Shown piece by piece: positions 1 through 9,053 of a DNA stretch of 11,725 nt (positions are counted from its first letter, which is position 1; the number at the start of each line of letters is the position of its first letter). The position numbers were made by a program, and so were the translations under genes. Origin of the DNA: Octopus sinensis. Its lineage: Eukaryota. The stretch is from assembly GCF_006345805.1 (NCBI RefSeq), contig NW_021826914.1, positions 1-11,725 on the forward strand, written 5' to 3'. The notes under the pieces are model-generated. The model was not told where the DNA came from and ran no database searches. It saw only the letters and a program-made list of their open reading frames with translations.

Positions 1-207
1 TACTGCTCGCGAAGAGGGAATAAGAACAGGATCGGTGCACTGTATTTTCTCGGATTATCTGTTGCATGCGGTGAGTGTCTCAAAAATCCGTCTTCAAGTT
101 GCTGCTGGAGCAGTAGAAGAATCTCCGAATGGAAATGACTGAGATCATTCTGGACTGTGAAAACCAAAACCTAGATTTCATGAAGACCCATCATCACTGG
201 TTTACGG
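1..207 (+). mobile_element. Decayed Tc1/mariner (mariner/SETMAR-like) transposase fragment, cut by the window start
   Basis: Frame 2 from base 2 reads TAREEGIRTGSVHCIFSDYL. After a shift, frame 3 from 66 reads MR*VSQKSVFKLLLEQ*KNLRMEMTEIILDCENQNLDFMKT, then IITG (190-201) and a VYG-like remnant. This is colinear with the mariner stretch '..GISxGSVHxILxxxLxMRRVSAKFVPKLL...QK..R.......L......FxxxIITGDETWVYGY' (consensus recalled). Two stops and at least two frameshifts. Confidence 0.8.
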
Positions 208-381
208 TTTCTGCTCTTCGGTCATCTTGCAATTTTTAGATATAAACAAATGACCAAATAATGATGAGCTAACCTCAAGCTGAATCGAACTCACAAATTG
301 ACGCTTGCGAATCTGATTGACCCAACGCTAACCCATCAATTTCAGTCACATTTGGTTAATATATACTAAAAACTGTCTTAA

Positions 382-458
382 TACTATATACATACATATA
401 TACATACATACATACATACGTACCTACATACATTCATTATATATATATATATATATAT
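382..458. repeat. (TACA)n/(TA)n microsatellite
   Basis: Read directly. Confidence 0.9.
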
Positions 459-469
459 CCTTTTTTTTC

Positions 470-632
470 TTCTCTCCTTGTTTCTCTCCTTGTTTTTTAC
501 TGTGTCCCTTTCTGTAGAAGAGCGTAGGCTCGAAACGTAAAAAACTTTTTCAATTCCTGAGCGTTATACTAATACATCTGTTTGTTTTCTACACCACCTG
601 TCTTCGTCGTTTTTTTTTCGTGAACTCTCCCC
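470..632 (+). repeat. Probable dispersed repeat containing a minimal hammerhead-like motif (possibly derived from a Penelope-like element)
   Basis: CTGTAGA-A-GAGC-gtag-GCTC-GAAAC-GTA at 512-539, lying between TA microsatellites. The surrounding sequence resembles a common octopus repeat as I recall it (unverified). Confidence 0.45.
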
Positions 633-634
633 CT

Positions 635-668
<34 letters not shown>

Positions 669-1667
669 CGTACATGCATACATACATATATGTATATATG
701 TGTGTAATCATACGCATAAAGACATACATATGTCATGAAGACCCTTGTCAAGACTGGTCAGAATTTGGGCACCAGTGTAGGTCAAGCTGCAGCATTGTTG
801 AATTGAACCCGTTACCAAGCGTATGCATAATCATGTATATGAGTGTGTGAAAAGTGCGAATTATTGCCTGGATAAACAGAGAGTTATCAGTGGTGTGCTA
901 ATGTTTTTGCGTGTGTACGCGTGTGTAATGATGTGTTTTTGTATGTTTGTGTGTATGAGGTGAAGTGTGTGTTTGTGTTGTATTGTTGTAATATGTTTTC
1001 TTCCTTATTTTTAGTGTGCTTGTGTGTGTATATGAATATGTGTGTATGTTGATGATTATGAGTCAATGTAAATTTTTACCCTATCTTTACTCATCATCGA
1101 ATGTGTTTGTCTCTCTGAATATGTGTTCGAAAAAGTAATTTTCTGTATTAATATACGGCATTTCCATCTTGATAAAAGGGGGAAAAAAGAGGAAATTTGA
1201 ATGTGTGCGTCTCACTGTGTGTACGTGAGTTTATGAAAACTTCTCACGCGTACGTACACCATCATAAGCTCATGCACAAATTCCATTATGTATATTAGTG
1301 TAGGGCCTACTCAATGTCACAGACACATTAGCACATATACATAAAAAACTGAGCAACATATATACATAAAAACACATGCATACATACACAGATACTCACA
1401 CAAATACACACAAATACTCATAGCTATTATATGACAGGCGGTTCTTCAGAGATTGCAATATATTCTTCACTCGTTGCTACATTCAGTCAGAGAATGGAAA
1501 AACATTTCAATGAATTGCCATCTTGTACGGATCTCAATTCACAGAGAGCGTCGCTTTGTGGTTTATGTTATTTGAATTCTTTTAATAAGTTGATTTATTG
1601 TTTCATAAATTATGCTTTCCTTTCTAAAATATGCAATTATGTAAATTTATGCATGACTGTCACACGT

Positions 1668-1691
1668 AATTGTATATGATTGCTTATCAAG
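1668..1691 (+). repeat. 24-bp direct repeat, copy 1 (AATTGTATATGATTGCTTATCAAG)
   Basis: Identical to 2522-2545. Confidence 0.95.
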
Positions 1692-2521
1692 CGGAAGTCT
1701 GTACATGATTTCTTTTAAACGTGACCAGACTGGTTTACCGACAGTAACCAGTCATGTATTGACAGATTTCCTGGATATCAATCGGAAACTTCGTCTATAG
1801 AGAGATTCCACAATCCATAACCATTAGAATCTTGATTTAGAATCGTTAGTTATGGCTCGAGTTGAAATTATTTAACGCTGAATTTTAATCTTTTCATGAA
1901 TCAAAAACTTCAGAACTGTTCGATCTACAATTTCGGGAAAAGTCATGGCTTTATGATTACAAAACAGGCTTTAGTTTGTAACTACGAGATTTCGGGTTCG
2001 GTTACCCGGCTCATAACTCAGCCAACTGACTTACTCTATAGTCTAATGTCGGTTAAAGTCTTATGAATAGAAACAGGCAGATGGTAAATCTGGAAACATT
2101 GGTAATGGAATGTAAATGAGAGACTTACACGGTTGTCCGATCTAAAATCACATCATGAGAGTTTATTGCTTTCCTTTAATGAACCCGGATAGTAATCTAA
2201 GAATAAGTTCCTCCTACAAGGTTTTAGAGGCTGGAAAAAGGGTCATGAATAGTTGGATTTTTTCCCTGATATTTTCTAACCGTTTCCGAGATACCTCTTG
2301 AAATCACCTGAGGATACACATCTACATCGACGGATACACCTGAACTATATGTGAGAGATCGATGCTGGATGGGTCGAAACAATTGTAGTGAACAATAAAG
2401 ATTCTCATGTCTTCCATCTTCCGTCTCACCCATTAATAAAAAAACCAACAAGTACTAAACCAGGGAACGTGCTTTACCTGATAAAACCAGGTGTATACCA
2501 TACGATGTTTTAATCATCAAA

Positions 2522-2545
2522 AATTGTATATGATTGCTTATCAAG
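2522..2545 (+). repeat. 24-bp direct repeat, copy 2
   Basis: Identical to 1668-1691; a (TA)n run follows a few bases later (about 2548-2590). Confidence 0.95.
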
Positions 2546-2590
<45 letters not shown>

Positions 2591-2751
2591 CGACAGGCTT
2601 CATTCAGTTTCCGTCTACCAAATCCACTCACAAGGATTTAGTCGGCCCGAGGCTATAGTAGAAGACACCTACCCAAGGTGCCACGCAGTGAGACTGAACA
2701 GGGAACCATATGGTTGGTAAGCAAGCCACTTACCACACAGCCACGCCCGCG
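2591..2751 (-). mobile_element. tRNA-derived SINE family A, 5' half (head and core), ending at its internal (TA)n
   Basis: The minus strand begins CGCGGGCGTGGCTGTGTGGTAAG (A-box-like TGGCTGTGTGG), has a B-box-like GTTCAGTCTC and the core CCTTGGGTAGGTGTCTTCTACTATAGCC. Clearly homologous to about 7840-7975 and 10380-10489 in this window. Confidence 0.85.
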
Positions 2752-2977
2752 ACTATATGTATTTATATACACGTATATATATATATATATATGTAAAGAC
2801 ACACACACTCACACACACACAAACACACACACACTTATATATAAGTCAGACGAAAGCACAGAAAACACTAAATGATGATGACGAAAGCACTGATACATTA
2901 GCAAAAAAATTTCACAAACCAATGAAAAAATATACTCATCAAAGAGAGAGAAAATAAACCAGGGAACAAGAACGACT

Positions 2978-3012
<35 letters not shown>

Positions 3013-3070
3013 GAAGAGAGAAGGAGAGGGAATGAAAGTGGGAGGGAGAGAGAGGGGGAGGAGAAAGAAA
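2978..3070. repeat. (GA)n / purine-rich simple repeat
   Basis: Read directly. Confidence 0.9.
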
Positions 3071-3419
3071 TAAAAGTGTGGAAGAAAGCTAAGTACATGC
3101 GATAGAAGTCTTTTGGCACCAAATGGAGAGACAAGTTGTCTTGAAGAAGGAATAAAGTTGTCAAGCGTAGGATTCTGGTATTATTTAATAAAAAAAATAC
3201 AGTTCAGCTAAAGAATTAAATTTTTACGACCTCCAATGAATGTGTGAGTGTATGCACACACATACACACGCTCAAACTCACCCACACAATCGCAGGCACA
3301 CACAGTCACGCACACCTGCGAAAACACACTCACAAATACAAACACAGTCTCGAACACTCACAGACACACACTCGTATATGCTTATGTAGACATGTACGTA
3401 GGTATATATGTATTTGATG

Positions 3420-3727
3420 AGAATATTTATTATATATATGTATATATACTATATATACATATATATATATATTATATATATGTATATATATGTATATATA
3501 TATATTATATATGAATATATGTATATTTGTACATATATATTATATATATGTATATGTATATACTTATATATATTATATATGTATAGTATATACTTATATA
3601 TATGTAATATGTATATGTATATATGTATATATATATGTATATATTAACATACATATATGCACTTATATATGTATAAAAAATGTAAAAAGCACTTTTGTAT
3701 ATATGTATGTGTATATATATATTTTTT

Positions 3728-3763
<36 letters not shown>

Positions 3764-3925
3764 ATATATATATATATATATTTGCATATGTACGTATGCA
3801 TGTTGCATATGCATATGTATATATATATATATATACATACACACACACATAGACATATATACACACGTGCGCGCGCACATACATATACTAATACAAATAT
3901 ACATTTATCATATATACACACACAC
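3420..3925. repeat. Compound (TA)n/(TATG)n/(CA)n microsatellite field
   Basis: Read directly; explains the I/Y/C/H/T-rich ORFs at 3248-4055. Confidence 0.9.
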
Positions 3926-4176
3926 GCATTGTCCTACTTATTGTATTAGCTTCCTATGGTTTTTTGTTTTGGTTTCTCATTTCAAATTAATTCTTATTTA
4001 TTGCCTACATATTCTCTCCCCTTATATAACACACCCAACGCACTCATATATCTAAACATATATACGTGCCATTGTATCTGTGTGTCTACGTAGCTAGAAA
4101 CATACATATATGCATGCATACATACAAATGTGTGTTACCTTCGTGTGTGTTTTTGGTTGAGGGTATCTGTGTTCAT

Positions 4177-4183
4177 GTGTGTG

Positions 4184-4229
<46 letters not shown>
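4177..4229. repeat. (GT)n microsatellite
   Basis: Read directly. Confidence 0.95.
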
Positions 4230-4230
<1 letters not shown>

Positions 4231-4964
4231 AATAAAATGCCAAGTTGTTTTGCTGGAACCACTTCATGTACGAGGAATGCAATAAACGTTGAGAAAAAAG
4301 AAGTTGACAACGAAAAATCCCTTATTACTGCGACAATCCGATTGATGTATGTATGCAATTATATAGAAGTATACATACATATATACATTCGTAAATAAAT
4401 AAATATATACATTGATATATTCATACATGCATACGTACATACGTCCATACATAGATTCATATACACAGATATACTTACATTCGCAATCACAAATGCACTC
4501 AAATACAATCACAGAAATACAAAGGTGCTTATGCCGCTCTCGGTTTAGCAGAGCAAATAGTAGAAGTAGGACTCAATACACGAGAATATGCTCATTATTT
4601 TTGAATTGGAAGAAATTACAAACGTGACGCAAGAGTCGAGAGTTTCGTGTGTGGCACTTAGCAAACTGGCTTCAACCTGACAATGGGTGTCTTAGCTAGT
4701 ATGATTTGAAGTTCTCTCTGGTATGTTCGATTAAAAATTAATGTAGGAGGATCACGTCATGTCAGTAAATCTGAATTATGTACCCTGTTCAACGGGTGGA
4801 GGATAGGAAAAGAGAAATTGAAATGCAGACAACTCATAATAATACATGCTTACAAACACACACACATCTGCATCACGGAACATTCTAACTGATGTAAGCA
4901 TGCAAATTTAATAAAATACACCTGCGCTTAGCAACATTTTCATATATGGCCATTTAAAATGCAC

Positions 4965-5024
4965 ACAGGTATAATATGTAACAAAAATATAAGTACAGGT
5001 ATAATATGTAAAGAAAATATAAGA
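4965..5024 (+). repeat. 30-bp tandem duplication (2 copies, 27/30 identical)
   Basis: ACAGGTATAATATGTAACAAAAATATAAGT followed by ACAGGTATAATATGTAAAGAAAATATAAGA. Confidence 0.9.
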
Positions 5025-5080
5025 CTACGCCAATTAGTTTCATATACATACATATATACATTGATGTATGAGAATCTTAA

Positions 5081-5298
5081 AGGCGGCGAGCTGGCAGAAT
5101 CGAAATGCTTAGCGGTATTTCGTCTGTCGTTACGTTCTGAGTTCAAATTCCGCCGAGGTCAACTTTGCCTTTCATCCTTTCGGGGTCGATAAATTAAGTA
5201 CCAGTTACGCACTGGTGTCGATATAATCGACTTAATCCCTGTCTGTCCTTGTTTGTCCCCTCTGTGTGTAGCCCCTTGAGGGTTGTAAATAAATAAAT
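5081..5298 (+). mobile_element. tRNA-derived SINE family B, near full length
   Basis: GGCGG (5082) is complementary to CCGCC (5150). A-box-like TGGCAGAATCG (5092), B-box-like GTTCAAATTCC (5141), central block GCCTTTCATCCTTTCGGGGTCGATAAATTAAGTACCAG (5167-5204), (TAAA)n tail, and degenerate flanking direct repeats (5067-5080, 5300-5316). Confidence 0.85.
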
Positions 5299-5384
5299 AT
5301 ATGAGATCTCTTATAAATTTAACTTTATAGGATGAGGCATATGCAGATTGATGCTTCTCATATTAATCCGTAAAATGAATGGCA

Positions 5385-6345
5385 ATCAATTAGATCGACC
5401 TGAAGAAATATAATTATTACTGTTACAATTTTGGCTTTGAAATTACATTCAGTACAAACATTAGCTTTGTCAAAGCTTCAGATATTACTCAGAATCTAAC
5501 TTTAGGTACTTAAACACATTACAGAAAACCTAATGGAATTACTGTACAATTACGAAAGCTCTGGCCTAATATTCTGAAAAATCTGCCAGTAAAAACATCA
5601 CCATAATTTCTCATGAACATACTTTGCCGTGGTGGTGTATTTTATTACAAGTCTCTGAGCAGAAGCGGTGTCAACGACAAGAACCAATAATTTCATAGCA
5701 GACCACAGAGATTCTCTAATGACAGGAAATGGATAGTTATATGGTATATTACCTATCAGTTCCAATGTCAAATCTATTATTACCTGATTCTCCCTAAATT
5801 TGGTCACTAAAAACTTCCCTTGATGTCATAATTCACACAAAATTTTAGCGGGCATAGCAGCAAAGTAAGTTACAAATACATATAGATATAAGCCTGTTCT
5901 TTAACTTTGAATTACTTGCAAGAAATTAGTTCTCACATTGTCACATAAATCCTCGTCTCGAGAGAAACTTCTTAACGGTTTTACACGCCTGCGCTGTGTA
6001 GTAAATGCTTTCAGAAAAGTCTTGTTTATTGTACAAAGCTTTCTGCCGATGACAGCAACAACGACACAAAGTGATAGGTAAGCATTAAGAAGAACTTATT
6101 CAAATTCATATATATTCAATATCCGCATAAGAGTAGATTTAGGAATAAAAGAACATCAACAAAACTGTCGATATTCATCTTGCATTTAAAGACAAAGGTA
6201 TCTTCAAGTACAGGGTTTAATGCTTAATTACGGATATACCTTTCTGCTTGTGAGAAAAATTCAATATCCTTACACAACCTGTTAACTTATTAAAATCCAA
6301 ATTGGAATTGATTTTTTCCAAGTCCCCACGAAAAGAAATTTGTTC
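5385..6345 (-). mobile_element. Heavily decayed piggyBac-like (PGBD-type DDD) transposase remnant
   Basis: Colinear minus-strand motifs across frameshifts, each compared with recalled piggyBac consensus: MNLNKFFLMLTYHFV (6109; MSRNRF..I..LHF), INKTFLKAFT (6029), FSRDE (5966; SIDE), KNRLISICICN (5901; KYGLKxYCLCD), QVIIDLTLELIG (5786), YHITI (5746; YHxxxDN), EIIGSCR*HR (5694; GTxRxNR), VMCLST (5522), SKPK/IVT..VDLID (5440-5385; KP..V..YN..GVD..D). Spacing between the three catalytic positions (about 75 and 112 codons) fits piggyBac. No TIRs found. Confidence 0.65.
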
Positions 6346-6654
6346 TCCAAGTATTTGCATAGTACTCTGGCGATATTGTAGATGATATTAGCTAATTCAG
6401 TTTTCTGTCATACGGTCCAGACTAATAGTAGCTTCCATGCTGAGGCAAAAGAAACTCATTGTTGTTTCTTAATGATTATTAAGAGCTTTGACCTTGCACC
6501 CAGCTGGTAACATGGATGAATGTTTATTATTCAACTGTACCATCATGACGAATTCAGTAGTTGGTACGTTTTTCAAGCAATTTATACGTACATTATACAA
6601 ACATATATATATTATCCTTCCTACATACATACTACATACATCATACATACATCC

Positions 6655-6800
<146 letters not shown>

Positions 6801-6808
6801 CTGTGTGT

Positions 6809-6995
6809 AATTAATGTGACATTATGCAATCCAGATAAAACTCTGAGTTTCGGATGCCGAAGTGGAAGTCCACAACACCTATGTGTTTTATATATATATT
6901 ATATACACATATGAGTATGAGTGTGTGGATTCCCACTTCGGCATCCGAAACTCAGTGTTTTATCTTGGCTATTGAATAATTGTCACATATTAATT
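6809..6995. repeat. Long inverted repeat (foldback or MITE-like), arms about 70 bp
   Basis: Left arm 6809-6878, right arm 6921-6995. A perfect 23-bp core CTGAGTTTCGGATGCCGAAGTGG (6843-6865) pairs with 6933-6955; the spacer is TA-rich. Confidence 0.9.
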
Positions 6996-7068
6996 TACAG
7001 ATAAATTTCCTCTATTTATATAATATTTAAGTCTCTTTCTTTCTTTTGTTATCTTACCATTTTTACCA

Positions 7069-7099
<31 letters not shown>

Positions 7100-7454
7100 C
7101 ATATATATATAGTAGGTACTGCAAATTTAGGGTGAATACTTGATAAGTGTAAGCATCTGTATATGCCAGTAGTGGCAGAGGTGAGAGAGAATATATCAAA
7201 TAAAATCAAAAACAGAACACAAAGGATATCGCGGTACACGTGTTTCAAGCTTTATAAACGACCTGTTCTTACATCAGTGTATAATAGATACAAAAGATGG
7301 TTTAAAACTCTCTTCAGCCGCATACATTGTTTTTCCAAAGAGTTACATCACACTATAAAAAATATGAAAAGTACATGTAGTATTACCCATTATAATAGGT
7401 ATATCATATCTCCCTGAGAAAGTGTATTTGTAAAATTTCGTAACTGTATAAGCG

Positions 7455-7572
7455 TGTAAGGGATAATTGGATTTCGAGAATCTGTCCATATTGTATCACC
7501 AGTCAATATAGAGTGAATGTTAAGTAGATTTGACAGTATGGACAGATTTTCGAAATCCAATGATCCCTTACA
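7455..7572. repeat. 118-bp inverted repeat (40-bp arms, 37/40 match)
   Basis: TGTAAGGGATAATTGGATTTCGAGAATCTGTCCATATTGT (7455-7494) versus the reverse complement of 7533-7572; 38-nt loop. Confidence 0.92.
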
Positions 7573-7579
7573 TTTCGTC

Positions 7580-7975
7580 TTTTTTTTTCAGTCTTTCATC
7601 ACTTTTGTCATTTAGACAGTGGCCATGCTGGAGCACGGCCCTGAAGAACTTTTACTCGAATTATTCGCTTTCAGTACTATTTTCTTTTTTAATCCTGATA
7701 TTTCTTCTATCAGTCTGTTTTGCCAAACCGCTACGTTACAGGGACGTAAACACACGAAACTATTGTTGTCAAACAGTGGCAAACACAGACTCAAGAATAC
7801 ACACACACACACACACACACCACGGGCTTTAGTTTCCCTCTAACAAGTGAAACCACTTACAAGGATTTGGTCGGCCGGAAAGATATAGAAGAAACCTGCC
7901 CAAGGTGCCACACAGTGGGACTGAACCCGGAGAGATGTGGTTGACAAGCAAGCTTCTTATGCCACACTTGTTCCT
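7580..7975 (-). mobile_element. SINE family A, full-length diverged copy with internal (CA)n
   Basis: Head and core at about 7840-7975 match 2591-2751; (CA)n at 7798-7822; the 3' half (TGCCAAACCGCTACG at 7721, GGCCATGCTGGAGCAC at 7621) matches the tails at 10490-10615 and 10790-10840. Confidence 0.8.
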
Positions 7976-8165
7976 ATATATACACACACTCATACTCAAC
8001 GGTGTATATCTATATATATATAAACACATATACATACATATATACATATGTATATATATATATATATGTGTGTATCAATGTATTTATATATATATATATA
8101 TATGTGTGTGTGTTTGTGTGTGTGTGTGTATGTGTCTGTATATATAAATATATGCATATATTATC
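7976..8165. repeat. Compound (TA)n/(TG)n microsatellite
   Basis: Read directly. Confidence 0.9.
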
Positions 8166-8414
8166 TATGTATGCATTTATGTTTTCGTATTTATACGTTT
8201 GCCATTAATTATTGCTCCTAAATAAATGGCTGATACTTTCAATACGGACTCTGGTTCGAGTTCGCTAATTGGCTGTGGATATTGTAAATTAGACAGCATT
8301 CGACCAATGATGTATAGTGCGAAATAAAGCTAGGGAGGGATTGATCTATTGTTCTTGATGATTTGAAGCAATTAGTCTCGCTTATTGACGAATGAGAAAA
8401 GCTGCAAAATTCAA

Positions 8415-8700
8415 CAACAAAAAGAAAGATAGAGTGGAAGAAACAATAAGGATAAATAAGAGGAGGACAGTAAGAAGAAGATGAAGAAGATCAGGGAAAA
8501 GAAGAAGGAGAAAAAGAAGAAGAACAGGGAGAGGAGAAAATAAAAAAATAAAAGAAATTGTTGGGAGACATGAATATTATCGGAAGTTGAATGAATAGAC
8601 GAAAGGGAAAATGAATGAATGTAAGGAAGAAATAGTAAAAGAATCAAATAAAGAAAGAAGGAAAGGAATAATAAGAGCAAGAATAAAAGCGGTAATGAAT
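8415..8700. repeat. Purine-rich (GAA/AAG/GGA) low-complexity tract
   Basis: Read directly; explains the F/L/S-rich minus-strand ORF at 8411-8680. Confidence 0.85.
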
Positions 8701-8854
8701 GAGAGCAATTGAATGTTGTGTGTAATGGGAAAATTCTGTGCCTACTTCAGTTTACCATTCAGCATTCTGTTGCGTTTCATGACTTTCAAATAAAACCACC
8801 ATTTCTAAATCAAGCAATGGCCGCCTGACTCTCTTTACGCCAGTCCGTATGTAA

Positions 8855-9022
8855 ATACACACGCACACCATAACACTCAGACACACACACACACACATAC
8901 ACAGACACACACAAAACACACACACACATGCACAAGCATACGATATCGCACGCATACACACCCGCGCTCATATATAAATATATATATTACGTATATATAT
9001 ATATATATATATATAGTATATA

Positions 9023-9053
<31 letters not shown>

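Noticed and set aside
71-76. GTGAGT splice-donor-like site after an open frame
   Set aside because: It lies inside the mariner remnant, whose similarity continues across it.
770-820. Faint similarity to the SINE A core (CAAGCTGC...TGAACCC)
   Set aside because: Too short and diverged to call.
1940-2250. hAT ZnF_TTF-like words (FREKSWLY..., GFRGWKKG) in the direct-repeat-flanked segment
   Set aside because: Different frames, spacing of about 78 codons is too long, and no cysteine pattern.
2849-2890. GACGAAAGCAC repeated 31 bp apart
   Set aside because: Small degenerate local duplication; the nearby UGAUGA/GAAA lacks stem II, so it is not a hammerhead.
3248-4398. Many overlapping I/Y/C/V/H/T-rich ORFs (also 6469-6814, 7829-8208, 8752-9137)
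   Set aside because: Read-through of TA/CA/GT microsatellites, which lack stop codons in some frames.
6933-6960. CCGAAACTC resembling the 3' half of a hammerhead core
   Set aside because: No CUGANGA half or stem II upstream in this copy.
8246-8263. GGTTCGAGTTC B-box-like word
   Set aside because: No A-box or cloverleaf; not a tRNA or SINE head.
8751-8846. 96-nt exon-like segment (cttcag|...|gtatgt)
   Set aside because: Stop codons in all three frames.
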